From the NCBI RefSeq assembly GCF_006345805.1, contig NC_043008.1:47492001-47556000 (forward strand): DNA of 64,000 nt, given 5' to 3'. The position numbers and the translations under genes are program-made. Within the stretch, counting starts at the first letter, position 1; every line of letters begins with the position of its first letter. The notes below the pieces were generated by a model. The model saw nothing but the letters and a program-made list of their open reading frames with translations, was not told the DNA's origin and ran no database searches. Of the stretch, positions 1 to 14,256 are shown in pieces. Source of the DNA: Octopus sinensis (lineage: Eukaryota).

Positions 1-1919
1 TTTCCTTCTGTCTTCTTTTAACTTGATAAGTTTGTCAGCTATATAGATAATGAAGGTGTGTTGGATAGTGCGGTTTCCTGGAACTAGGACCCCTTTTGTT
101 TATATGCAATATCATTGATGGAGAAAATCACAGATTTGGGCTTATTCAATTGAGTGTATCTATTGGTGATTGACTCCGAATATTTTTCCTTGTATAGTTT
201 ACGGAAGTAATCTGTGTAAAACGAGCGATGAGGCAAAGTGCGCTGTTCTATTTGTATTCTGCTAATGTTTGTGTTTAGATTGGAGTGTTTCAAACTATTT
301 GAATCAGCTTAATTTAATAATGAATGTACTACTTAATTAAATTTAATCATGTATCTAACGGAAATAATTAACAGAATTCTTTGAGAAGGTTCACCATGAT
401 TGATGAGTAATCAATAGCGTCTTCTGATCAGGAAAATTCAAGAAACTACATTTTTCATATTATATAATTTATACTCATATAAACTGTTTCTGAAAGAAAA
501 TTCTTCGTTTTAACCTTCAGATGTATTTGCTCCGATAAGAATCAAGAAGTAGGTTACACCAAATTCAATAAACACACTGAAACACGTCTTCAGAATAATG
601 ATAATAAACCTACTTAATGTCGAATGTAATTAATACGTGAAAACAGATTTCAATACATTCCGTTTATTGTAATGTTCATTATTATATGATTGTCAAGATG
701 AAAGCTAAGAAGGTAGATTTTTGTTTATGACAGATGTGTGCAGAATATTTTGACTTCAGAATTATTAAAGCATTATAATCAGAATACAATCATCTTATAA
801 TCACAATAAAATCATCTTATCTTTCTTCTCCATAATTTTTGGAAAATACAGCTGATATTATTTTCTAGAATTAGTAATGAAAGAAACTATTGAGTTAGTA
901 TGTAATAATCTTTGCTCGATATTTGAAAATGCAAGGAATCGCATTTTTTCTCTTATGAATAACCGTCAAATATATCTCGTGTTAAATAACTTGATACGAT
1001 TCCAGACATGGTGCCTCTAAAAGTCACAAAGAAATGAGAGAAATTTAAAAGAAATGGTCAGTGTGTAGTCCCGTTGTCTTAAAGTACGTCAATTAAAATT
1101 TAGATTAGGTCGACTGAGATAATATCTGACATGGGAACAATGTTTAAAATATTCAGAGGTTGAGAATTTTAATCATCACAAAGATGGTGGTATTTAATTC
1201 ATTATGACCACCTTGTAAATAGATGGTGATGTGAAGAAGCGTTAATCGTTTCGAGCAGCAAAACCAAGGCAATGTTAAAGAATCATTTCTAAACTAAATT
1301 CATTCCAGTGATTTAGACACTACAACAGAAATGATTCCACTCTGTTCTCGGTTAATGAATGCACAAGTGATTTATATTAATTTCAGTTTGGTGTCTTAAC
1401 AAGTTGGAAGAGCTTTATGTCATGGATAATAATTAATAATAATGAATCTGTCTCACTGATCATCTTCAACTAAATCACTTATTGTATAATGGAAGAGAAA
1501 CGGCGATGTATAATCACTCGGATACGAGAGCATATGCACAGACACATAGAATGTCACGTAAGCATACATGCACACACACACAAACACAAACACAAACACA
1601 TAGACACACACAGAATCACACACATCAATGTACACACGTACACGCACAGACATACATAGAGTTAGATATATACATAAATATTGATACATTTATATTCGCT
1701 CATACATATATATATATATAACATACACATAATAAATACATATGTATATACACGAAATATATATATTTACATATATACGTATATATATATATATATATAA
1801 TATATATATATACATACACATGTATATTTGAATATATATGAGGATATTATTGTTTATAATAATACCAGTGGCTTAGCATTATTACCACATTAGTAAGAAA
1901 GTTATCAGTTAATGATTAA

Positions 1920-2441
1920 GGGTACTACCGTGCCGAAGCGGCATGCTAAATATAGCAGTCAAAATGACCAAACCACCAATTTTTCACTTAAGCACAAAGG
2001 TGAAAACGGGCACATGAATAAAAATTCTAAAACAATGACAAAAATAATCGAAAATTGAAAAAGCCAAACACACCCGTATCACTGTGATGTTGAACTGTGA
2101 GAAAAATTCTTCGTTCATTTTCAGCGTGCTCATATATATGTAAATACATTTTATTCACTTCGATCACCTTTTAAAATTTGCTGCGGTGAGATGAATAATT
2201 TCTATAACCCTGGGGTCAGTAAGTCTCTTTGAAGATGTACGAAGAGTCTTTCTCAGTGTTAGATATAACGGTGATACAGGTATGTCTGGCTTTTTTCAAT
2301 CTTCCGTTATTTTCGTCATTTATAGGGGGTCTTAGTATATTTACTCCTTTGCCCCTTTTTCACCTTTGTGTTTAAGTGACAATTGTAGTTTAGTCATTTT
2401 GGCTGCTATATTTAGCATTCCAGTACTGCTTGTTAGTACCC
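1920..2441. mobile_element. MITE with about 190-bp imperfect TIRs, possibly Kolobok-like
   Basis: 1920-2110 is the reverse complement of about 2250-2441. Termini are TTAA|GGGTACT...AGTACCC|TAAA (TTAA-like site, purine-purine start). The superfamily call is an inference. Confidence 0.7.
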
Positions 2442-2468
2442 TAAATTATTAATATACACATGTATATA

Positions 2469-2514
<46 letters not shown>

Positions 2515-2598
2515 TATGTATGTGTGTGTGTACATATATATATATGTGTGTGTATATATATATGTATGTATATATATAAATATACATTTATATAAATG

Positions 2599-2636
<38 letters not shown>

Positions 2637-3397
2637 CATATGTATGTATACATAAGAAAATGAGATGACAAGCAAAAGTGATCATGTTATGAACTTCAAT
2701 GGCTTACTGTTGTTTCTGATGTCGGGTGCACTGGACTCATTGTTGAATTACATTTGTGCATATATGAAGAGAAATGCCCAAATCTACTTATTTTCCCAGA
2801 TAAATTGCACTTCATATTCAAGGCTCCGATGAAGTTATGAGATGTTATTCAGGCACTCAACTATGAGCATATTGCATCGTACAGTAGAAACAGCCACAAG
2901 CTAATGGAAGAATTCATAAATTAATCAGTTTTCCTTTCTCATCTCATTTTCTTATTACCGCTCTATACTCGTCTAACACTTCGTTCTGAAGAATACATGT
3001 ATTGAGTTCTACATCAAGTTATTAGTCTCAGATGTTAAACAACAACAACAAATTTAGAAATAAGTAGCTGTTGGTGTTGGTTAGCCTTAGGTCAGTTTTC
3101 ACTGCGCACACTTTTCTATCAAGAGTGCTCTGGATATGACCACCACGTCTTTAAGGACTAAGTTTTACAATGTTCTCTATATATTTAAAATACATTATAG
3201 TTGGCTTTGAGGTAGAATTGACTGCTATGTCTGGCAGAACGATTAAGTAGAACTACCTCGAATTTTTTTTTAATATACAGTTTACACAGACACACGCAAA
3301 CAAAGACACACATACACAAACATACACACACACACACACACACATACACACACATACACACATATACATATATATATTTATGTATATTATATTATAT

Positions 3398-3518
<121 letters not shown>

Positions 3519-4334
3519 TAGTAAATCCGAGTTGAGTTCAGTGTTTAAAACTTCCTATTCTCAATAGAGAGGACAAAATATACCATTAACATCCAAAGAC
3601 ACGAACACAGACTAAATCGAATTCTACATCCACTGGGTAACATACAACTTCAATCTAACAACATTCTTTTGTGAACTCCTGACCTGAAAAGAACACACCT
3701 AAATATACAGATCGAATTACAAAGTTCTACGTGCATGAATAAATTCTAAAAAAATAGCACACTCATCAGTAGAATGAAAGGGAATAAGTCGAGATATTTC
3801 AGTCTCTGCCCAGGCGATATGAAACACAGAAATCTGAGGAATGAAATATTGGATTCATGTAATTGGATGATCATTATTGGATTGTCACATCTGAAGCTTC
3901 AAACGTGATCTGCGACACCATCTTTGCGGAAATTATATTCATTGTTTACCAAAATAAGGATCAAATATTTGCGGCTCACTGATATTTCGTTAAGTTTGTA
4001 ATTCGGATTGGAGAGTCGACCGAGAAAGAGTATGGGCTGTGCCACTGAGTTGTCTCTTTTGCGAAGGCAATCAGTTTCAAACGATCAAATCTCTTTTGCT
4101 ATGACAAGGATTAAGAGAACCCTTTATAGCGGACCTAAGAACACCTTTATACTGTGCCAACAATAAATTTCCAAATGATCGATAACGTTACCTCTTTCTA
4201 CTTTATTATTGTCCTAAGATCGGCGCTGTATCCTTCCAAGCACTTGCGACAATATTGATTTTGGAAAATTACTATTTGTAAATCTCACAAGGAGAGATAA
4301 CAGTACTTTGGAGTAAAGGTGTTTACCAACATAA

Positions 4335-4524
4335 CATGGCAGTGCTGGTTTAGGACGAATGTTGCTGTAATTTAGCCCCAGGAGACATTGTCTCCAGCTG
4401 GCTATACGACATGGTTCTTTTGTTCGAAAATATAAGGACACAGATCGTGTCGTCTAGCTAGCTGGAGACGATGTCCCCTGGGGCTAAATTATAGCGACAT
4501 TCGTTCTAAACCAAGACAGCCATG
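4335..4524. repeat. 190-bp imperfect palindrome (about 82-bp arms, about 26-nt loop)
   Basis: catggcagtgctggtttaggacgaatgttgctgtaatttagccccagg... pairs with ...cctggggctaaattatagcgacattcgttctaaaccaagacagccatg; about 13 non-Watson-Crick positions. Confidence 0.9.
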
Positions 4525-4776
4525 CACAGCTCACATCTAACGAAGTTTTCATTTAGCTGTATGGCACACCTCACATTTGTATGGATTAGCGTTAATCTCT
4601 TGTGATACCTATTGAAATAAAGAAGCGTGTATATAATGCAGAATGGACTTTAGTGTATTTCTGGTGTTTTTAGGAAGCGCTACTCAGATAAAATCCGAAG
4701 GTATCCAGGTTACTCAGAGTATAAACCACCTCAGAGATCTTTTAAAATTCGATGGAATAATGTTTGGAATCCTTAC

Positions 4777-4880
4777 CTGTCCTTGTCCACAGTATCCCTT
4801 AGGACCTTCAGATTTTCGATGGCATTGCCCTTCATAGTCTCTAGAACATTCTTCATAAAGTTATCCGGGTCATAATCGAT
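4777..4880 (-). CDS. M13 metallopeptidase internal exon, 104 nt: IDYDPDNFMKNVLETMKGNAIENLKVLRDTVDKD(R/S)
   Basis: Acceptor ttgtttattgtag|ATC and donor AG|gtaagg; phase 0-2. Matches the M13 segment (F.N.L....L..LR..VDK) that precedes W...VNAFY. The next exon (VNA..FPAGILQ) was not found in 1-4776. Confidence 0.93.
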
Positions 4881-5374
4881 CTACAATAAACAATTAAACA
4901 ATTAATAACCATTATTGATACAGCACGAAATATTATCTGATCAACAATAACACTTTGAACATTTCGATCATTATGTCGACCCTTATCTCTCTCTAACCTT
5001 ACCATTCTCTCTGCAAAGCAGTCATTGTTTATCCACTTCATAACATTTCACTAAACTCATGTTTAATATCTGCCAAATCACCATCACTCGTCAACTATGA
5101 ACGGCAAACGTTTCTCCTAATGTGTCATTAATCTTGTATTTATTACTTATCGTAACACTTGTAAATGGTAGCAAATCAGATTTTAATACTTTATTCAATA
5201 TGTCGAGATTCATTGAACATTTATTCGCTTCTCGGAAATATTAACGAACAGAAAGCACGCCCTTAATTTATGACGGACAGTGCACACACAATAAACACCT
5301 ATACGCAGATGCGCACACCTATATGTATGCCTCTCTCTCTCACCTTCTACCCACCCCCGTCACTCTCTATATGC

Positions 5375-5580
5375 ATGCATGTATGTATGTATGTATGTAT
5401 GTATGTGTGTATGTATGTATGTATGTATGTATGTATGTGTGTATGTATGTATGTATGTATGTATGTATTTATGTATGCATGTATGTATGTATGTGTGTAT
5501 GTATGTATGTATGTGTGTATGTATGTATGTATTTATGTATGTATGTATGTATGTATTTATGTATGTATGTATGCATGTAC
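5375..5580. repeat. (TATG)n microsatellite
   Basis: Seen directly; source of the MYVC-repeat ORFs. Confidence 0.95.
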
Positions 5581-7392
5581 TTGAGATGGATCTCCGTCAC
5601 TTTCAAGTATGCGAGTTGCGTTCTTCAATAAACTCATTGTTTTAACGCCCACGCTGCTAAGTATTCCACAGATGCGTATCAAGGAGATAGAGCACGTGAC
5701 CAGGCTCCACCTTTGAATTAAGAGAGCAATCTATTTGATGGGTCTCCGTGCGGTTTTCGTCCACGTATTTCCGCCTACGATGGCTCAGCGGGTTCGGGAC
5801 AATGCTAAATGTCACTCTGTTAAGATGCTATGCCGCAAGAATAAATCCGCGATGCAAACCCCTTTCACCGTTCCACCATACTCCATCAACACACAGACAT
5901 GCACACACATATTAACATACACACACACGCACACATGCACGTACACACACTCTCACACACACACAAACACATTCATTTATTCACCAACACCACACATGCA
6001 CAGAAGAAATGTGGCTGGTACTCCTAGTAGCAGTAATATACTGTTGAATTCAAACGTTCTCATGAATAGGTTACTAAACCTATAGACTTTTCCAATCAAG
6101 ATGACTGTCTGCCACTTAGAACCTGAATTCTTTGAAAGCAACTGCCATATTCTTGCTTAAAATCTCACAAGCAACAAGGGGCGACGGTCCACTCTAAACT
6201 TTACAATTCACTTCTCATGACAGACAAACGTTATGAATAAGCATCACTACATTGCTATATCGCCACATAAACTGCTAGAAATGGCAAACAATTCTCCTTC
6301 CAACCAGACCGTATCGCCTTTCAACTGGGATATTAGTTAACGTAGTCTTGCATACACAATACGGGAACAAAGCCGGGAAGTGTGTAACTTCAACGGCTTC
6401 GATCATAAATCTGATTGATCAAAAATAATTTAGGTAAAACATTAACTTCTAACACTTTTTGGGAGTGATTTCTTTGCTCTCTGTTTTGTTTTTGTTGTCT
6501 TTTTTTTCGGCTTTGATAACAACCATTTATTCTCTTAGGTTTTCTGGTGCTGAACTTTGTTTTGCAACGTCTGAATAAATCCTCACCAAACACGTGGAAG
6601 CATACAGAGATAAGCAAACTAGTAAAATCGAGAGAAACAACATCCAGCGAGTTATTGGCCATAACGTAATGTCTGGGACAGTCACAGGTCATTTCATTTT
6701 GCTATTAGGAACCAGCAAAACATGAAGTGATGACGAATAATGAAACAACAAGAATCAGAAGAAAACAATGGACGCCAACAAAGCCGGAAAGACAATAAGA
6801 CAATCGAATGACATAATTACAATAGTTAAAACGGGTTGCAAATATACAACCGTACATGTGTGTGTGTGTGTGTGTAAGTGTGTGTGTGTGTGTATGTGTG
6901 TGTGTGTATGTGTGTGTGGTGTATGTATGTGTGTGTAAGTGTGTGCGCACGTTTTCTGTTTTATAGTAAAGGCAAGTTAATATAAAGTAAATATGCAATA
7001 CTTTTTGTGGAGGGTTGACAGTGATTTCGAAGTTTCGGCCGGATTAACTTCACCTGGCTATAAGCGTATATATGTGTCTGTGTGTGTGTATTGCGCGTGT
7101 GTAATGCGTGTGTGTATGTATCTACATATGTGCGCGTGTGTGTATAATACACATCTGTATACATATAACTATCTAGAATTTAGAAGGATAAGAGATGTTG
7201 CAGTATGACTGAAAGCTTGAGGAGGGGGGTAGTGAATATCTTCATGTAATACGATTATTATTATATTTATTACTATTGTTATCATCATCATCATCATCAT
7301 CATCATCGTCGTCATCATCATCATCATCATCGTCGTCGTCATCATCCTCATCATTATCATCATCATCATAATCATTATTATCATTATTATTA

Positions 7393-7452
<60 letters not shown>

Positions 7453-7453
<1 letters not shown>

Positions 7454-7680
7454 AGTCCTTGCACAGCTTCTAACGTTGGAGATGTACTATGATGCAGGCT
7501 GTTCACTTCCAGTGAACTAAGGTAACACCCATTAATTTTCGAACACCTGATATTCCCGCCGTGTGTGGAGACTCCTCAACCCAGCCAACTGAAGATATCC
7601 GCTCTTGGTAATTCAGATATGTACTTTATATGAAGCTACTTTTTATAGTATTTCCGAAGTGCAGATCCAAGGTAGGTGAA
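7453..7680 (-). mobile_element. Probable LINE 3' UTR / SINE-like repeat with a (TAA)n(TGA)n tail
   Basis: Unique-looking segment abutting the (ATT)n array at 7260-7452, same architecture as 18648-19207. Family not identified. Confidence 0.4.
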
Positions 7681-7687
7681 TAAAATA

Positions 7688-8612
7688 TAAATGAGTAATG
7701 AAGATGCACAGGTGTCAATTAATTACGGCCGTTTCCTTAATTGATAAAAGAAAACATTTCATTATTTGAAAGAAGCCGTTCTCTGCCAGAGATATGACAA
7801 CAGAAACAATGGAAATATTTTGATTTCCATTATTGTTGTGAATATGTTAAAGCAGTGGATGTATCCTTTATGTTTGAAGTCTATGTGGTCATCTAACGAC
7901 AACGGTTTATATAATAATAATGAAATTATTGTATACAGTGCTCAGGTGCACCACAACTTGTCAGAAAGTGCGTATAGAGTATATGCAGTAATGTACAAAT
8001 GTCTGGAAAGCGAACAATGTATGAGTCAGATACATGCTTGTGTGTGTATGGAGGGGAGAAAATCAGGTGTAGTGTTGGCGAATCTCAGAAAGCATGGAAG
8101 TTTTGAAGGATGCAGTGCTCCGACAACTAACAACTGATGCCGGCAGTTTGTTCCATGCTTCAGCAACTCTAAGCGTGAAAAAATGTTTCCTGAAGTCATG
8201 GGAGCTGTGCTGTTTTCTGACTTTGTAAATATGTCCACGGGTGTTAGATGGGTGGAGTTTGAAAAGGTGCTCAGAGTTATTGTTTGTACGATGGTTGATA
8301 ATTTTATGGGTGTCTGCCAAGTCAGCTGCCAGACGTCGGAGTTTCAATGTGTCCATGCCCAGGGAAGTCGTTCAGGATACGGAAAATGCCTGATGGAGGG
8401 TATTTTTTTGGTTGCACGTCACTGAACGGCTTCCAGACGATTGATATCCTGGGCAAGATAGGGGTTCCAGACCGGTGATGCAAATTCCAGGTGAGGTCTT
8501 ACCATAGCTATATAAAGCCGCAGATAGATGCAATGTTTCTATTAATCAATTATAGGAGTCACTTGAAACGGCCGTAATGAATTGACACCTGCACATCATC
8601 GTTACTCATTTA
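7688..8612. repeat. 48-bp inverted repeats (7688-7735 / 8565-8612) bracketing the CR1 fragment
   Basis: taaatgagtaatgaagatgcacaggtgtcaattaattacggccgtttc versus the reverse complement of the right copy: about 5 mismatches in 48 bp. Confidence 0.75.
8056..8540 (-). mobile_element. CR1/L2-type LINE RT C-terminal fragment
   Basis: LYIAMVRPHLEFASPVWNPYL..DI.RLEAVQ*RATK.IP, then LRR...DL...KII...NTRGH.YK......RKHFFTLRVAEAWNKLP.SVV...STASFK. Confidence 0.9.
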
Positions 8613-8758
8613 TTTATATATATATACATACACACATGTGTATATACACATACATATGTATGCATGTACGTACGTACTTATGCATGCATGCATTCATGTC
8701 CATGCGTATGCGTACATGTACGCATGTATGCATGCAAGCATGTAATTATGTATGTATG

Positions 8759-8789
<31 letters not shown>

Positions 8790-8794
8790 ATATG

Positions 8795-8828
<34 letters not shown>

Positions 8829-8955
8829 TGTATGTATGTATGTATGTATGTATGTATGTATGTATATACGAGTAAGCACGTGCAAAACAAGATTGAAAAA
8901 TATAGTACTCGAACACCGAAGGTAGAGTAATATACTTTTATGAAAGCAGGAAAAA

Positions 8956-9075
8956 ATTTCACGATCTGTTACTCAGGGCTTCACGTTACCGTTTGTCGAA
9001 CAGTTGTGATTCAGAGTACAATTACAATCGTACAACGAACGGGAGAGTGAAACTCTGAATAACATTTTGTGAAAT
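8956..9075. repeat. 120-bp imperfect hairpin (about 55-bp arms, 8-nt loop)
   Basis: tgttactcagggcttcacg..ccgtttgtcgaacagttgtgatt / aattacaatcgtacaacgaacgg..gtgaaactctgaataaca; loop cagagtac at 9012-9019. Confidence 0.75.
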
Positions 9076-10285
9076 AATCTTCGGCTTTCACACAAACACA
9101 CACACACACACACACGCATCTATACATACACATACGCATACACACATACATGCATACACACATATACATGCATACATATCACATATACATTTATATATAT
9201 ATATATTTATACAGAGAGACAGAGAAAGAGCTTGATATACGTGTATATATGTTTGGCAGAGCAAAATGGAGAAATCGAACTTGATACATATTTATTTTGA
9301 TATTTAATCTGCAGAAAATTATATAAGTGACTCGAGGGTCACGAATTTAATGCGTGGTTCTTACCTGACTGACTAAAATTTGGAAGCCATTTTGTTAAAT
9401 GCCTTGTGTATATATTTGTAAATTCATTCGAATGTCGGTAACAACAAATGCTAACAAAACTTGATCTTGGCCCTACACACACCCTAAACTCAACACATCC
9501 ACTCCCTTAGTCTAATCTATTCAAAAAACATGAACCCCACCCCTTATTATAGTTGTCTATACCCAATCAACATCTGCTGCACTTCGACAAACATCAACCC
9601 ACTTACATTAGCCATGGCGATGCGATTGTTCATGCCCCAATACACGTAAGTTTCTGTAACTTTTATGTCTGTTCAGCCCCAATATTGTCACCAGAACCTT
9701 TCCTCACACCTCTTCCACTTCCCTATTTAACTTTATATACTTGTTTCGTAAGGACAGAAAACAATCATTTATCTTTACGTACCCCTTCGATTTGGCAACC
9801 ACATACAAGACACCACACGCATATAGCTCATACTCCTCAGCTAAATAAAAATACGATATTGTCTTCAAAAGTCCCACTGTCCAAAGAGTTTATCTCATGT
9901 GAAAAGTAGAGTCACTGAGAGGTTTTGAAGTTTCTAGCCACCGAGCAAGAAATGGTTCTTCTAAAAAAGAATTCACCTCTTTCATTATTCGATGTAGTCG
10001 TATCATGTACAGTTTGGTGATACAACATTTGTATGTCAAGAACTCTCATGTAAACGCAGAAAAATAACCAAGAACTAAATAAATGTAGATTGGTAAAGGA
10101 AGACAGTGATACATACAGAGAGAGAGAGAGAGAGGGAGAGCGAGAGAAAGAAGGAGTAAGAGGAGAAAAACAAAAAGGGACAGAGAAAGAAAGAGAGATA
10201 GAGAGGAATAGAGTGACGAGAGAGATTTAATTTTTGTGTTAGGTACATTAAATTAAACTTAACTGCAAATTTACGTTGCATTATA

Positions 10286-10336
<51 letters not shown>

Positions 10337-10601
10337 GTATATATTTATGTATGTATGTATATAACAAACATATATTAAAATGGTAAATATATCATTATAT
10401 TGAATCGCAATTCTGTGACTAATTGTTTATTTTCATACACATATGTAAAAAATGAACACATACACCCACACATACATATATACTTGTATTTGTATGTCAC
10501 ACATGAATTTGAGTGTACATATGTATCTAACTATCTTTGTGTCTATGTGTATATATATGTGTGTGTATATCTATTTGTTTACTCACTTGCATATATATAT
10601 A

Positions 10602-10640
<39 letters not shown>

Positions 10641-11200
10641 TGCATACGTGTTCGTGATGCATTTTTGTGTGTGTCAGTGAGCGGGGGTGTGTAGGTTCGA
10701 GCGCGTGTGTGTTTAACCAATTATATCTACAACAAACACAATCCATTTCGCTCTATTGCATTAATAATTTTGTACTTACAAAAAAAAGTTAACAAAATAA
10801 AAACGTCTTTCATTAGAGCCTGTTTGTTGTATTCTGTAGAAATATTGCAGAGAGTTTTTCTTATCAGACATAATTTTTCTACAATGAATGAGTTTGGTTT
10901 ATTTTTTTTGTTTGCGTTTGTTTATGGAACCAATCAGTATGGAAATATTGATTATTAATTTGTACAGATTCACACACCACCTGCGTCAATCACACTCATT
11001 ACTATTAGAGTACTTTTGTGACATCTATATACCAGTTCTAAGAAAATATGCAACCTTAAAGGTATTTTCACGAATCAGCTTCTTGAGAAATAAATTCCAT
11101 GATGAAGCGAACGATACGTTTGGCTCAATATTTTGTCAACTTTTTCCCATAATAGAATTTAAACAAATTTAAACAAAATTAACGGTTTGTTCAATTCTAG

Positions 11201-11313
<113 letters not shown>

Positions 11314-13462
11314 TATATATATATATCTATATGTATATATGATACAACATATTTAAATAATATAAACTCTAAGGTGGTTAATTTACAGATGATGTATTTT
11401 AAAATCATTAATTCATAATTGTTTTTCTTTTCGTTCTGATGTTCCAACATTTTCTTATTATTTCTGGTTTCCTTAGCAACGAGTGTGTAACAAGAACAAA
11501 CACAAAAACCAAATTTTTAAAAAATTAGAAAAATACATTTCCCGTATGTCAGGGACATTCAGAAATTCTAACGTATTTTCGAACGTTGGGGTTTATGGAG
11601 TGTGGATTACCTTCTCGAGTAGAATATGACCATCATTTTGTCACTGGAACTGCTGTATAACAGTAAAAAATGTACATAGCAACTTAGTTTCAGCGGTGGT
11701 GCCCCAGCATGGCCGCGGCCTTCGGGCTGAAACATTTTTAAGGATTTAAGGATAGCTCTCAAGGACCACCTTCATAACTGCCATTAGATTCCATACAAAG
11801 ATTGGATCACGCGTTGCTACGTGTCTTTTAGATCCTAACAACGGAGCGACCGAACTCTCTGTCACTTTCTCTCCCTCTAACAATTGAATATTATCAATAT
11901 CTGTGGTAAACTCTCAAGTTCATGATCCCCTTAAATATCAGCATATTCATATTTTCATAATGAGATCTTTATAAAAGTTAGATTTTGTTTTCATATCACT
12001 GATTTCACGTAACCAGATTTTTTTTAATCGAACTTTCTCCTTTCACGCGTCACTAGAGTTATATAAAGTGAGCTTTCTCTTGTCATCATGGGTTTATCAT
12101 AGCTGGATCTATGCAAAAAAGCTTCTCACTTTTGTCACTAGTGAGCGATTTGTCATACCTAGATCTATAAACTAAGATTTCTTCTATGACCGTTGTTTTT
12201 TCGTAGCCGGACTTGACTAAAGTAAGCTTCTGTGTGTCATTGGGTGGGGAGGTGACCTTTTGATAGAAGCAAAGGTTTTGCGAACAATATAAACGAATCT
12301 TTCGGAGGTGCCAAGGACGACCATTTATCCGATAAAATGTCCAACCTCACGGCTCTAACTCATATACATTGGATCAGATTCGTAGGTCAAGAGGGCTTCC
12401 GCATTCCTACATTCTACCAGCATTTGTATAAACTGGACTGCGGTTAATTTTGACAAGAGATCGTTTTTCTTTTCATTTAAAAACATGGAAGACTCCTGTG
12501 CATAAAGAAGTAACAGCTTTGGCCACGAAATACCTTCTCACAAACAGGTATCTTTCAGATATAGATTAAACACCTCCATACAAATATTTTGAATTTCTTC
12601 ACAAATAGTACTGCTCATTTTGTCTTACTAGATTACCTGCTTCACTTGGTACTAGATATGCTGCTCTTAATATACAGACATACTGAGGAACTGACAAAAA
12701 TTCCGTCGGCTTAGAAAAAGGAATTGGATTATACGCGCGAGAAAATCTCGATCCGTTAATCAAATAAGGGCATCAGCGTCATAGATCTTTTCTCTACATA
12801 CTTCTATGAATATGCGCGCGCACGTGTGTCTATATGTGCAAATGGGACTAAGTTGGTTGAATTAGTAGCGTCAGATAGGATAAGCTGATTCAGTTTGCTA
12901 AACACCGGGTATAAATTAGTTGTTTACTCTCAAATAAAACAAAATCAACATCTATAACATAACCGAGCTACCACTTCTGCGTTCATATGCTTATATATAT
13001 ATATATATATACATATATATAAATTACACATACACACACACACACACACATATATACATATGTATATGGACGCTATGTTTCTATGATGATACAGCATGGA
13101 TTTAAACATTGCCAGACTGATTCTATCACCAATGTGAGAAAATATTACTATTTCAACACTTTTTCTCTCCAATCAGCTTCATGCTGTTTCGCGAGATTTT
13201 ATTTTTCCACTTTCCTGCTTTTACTAATATTTTCTAACCAATCCTCTAATTTTACTACAAAACGGTAATACTTAAACTGCAGCAATTTTAACAATTACTA
13301 TTACTAACGCATCATCGCAATCTTTTCTTCCATTCTTTATGCAACAACAAGTGTGTGTGTGTATATTTTTATACTTCTTAGAATTACTATTTCCAGTAGT
13401 ATGTGTGTGTGTGTGTGTGTGTGTGTACATACATATACATATATATGTATATGTATAATTGC

Positions 13463-13511
<49 letters not shown>

Positions 13512-14039
13512 TGTACACACACTCATACACAACATACACGATATATACTATATATATTGATGATATATATGTATATAACATATATGTATGTGTGTAGGTG
13601 TGTGTGTGTGTGTATGTACTATGTGCGTGGGGTGTGTTATATAAATGCATATATCAATTTATACTTAAACAAATTTACAATATGAAAGCGTTACTGAAAC
13701 GTCTAGAACTGTCGTTGGTTTTTTCCTATTCTTATCTATAGAAAACTCACGCGAAAAAGTAAATTAAATTAAAGAAAAAAATCTACAGCTGATTGCTAAG
13801 AATAAGAAAGTTTAATACAGCGTCATTGAACACGGGGTGTTTATGTACATTCAATTCTATTTTTTTATGTAGTTACTTTTATTACGTTTCTGTGTTGATT
13901 TATTTATTTGCAAGAAAGTATGTTATCTTCATCACTTAGTGAACATTTGCTACTTTCGAAGATTTTCCGATAACAGCGATGAAAAGGGAAGTGTGAAACA
14001 GAATGAGAGTGAGAAGTGGAGAACGAAAGGAAGAGAATA

Positions 14040-14217
14040 ATTGGGAAGAAGAGAAAAAGGAATATTTAAAAATATGGGAATATTATAAATACATGTAGCA
14101 ATAAAAATAAAACGAATGAAAAATATTGCATAAAGGATAGGGAAGGAAAAAAAATACTAGGATGAAAGAAATATTTTGCAAGTTGAAAAAATGTGACTGA
14201 ACGATGATAGAGAGATT

Positions 14218-14256
<39 letters not shown>

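Noticed and set aside
1-300. Possible LINE remnants here and at 48250-48600 and 53800-54350
   Set aside because: Only faint resemblance in fragmented frames; not enough to support a call.
9553-9645. Plus-strand candidate exon with a GTAAGT donor and a GCCATGG Kozak context
   Set aside because: No recognisable protein, antisense within an M13 intron, and such signals are expected by chance at this scale.
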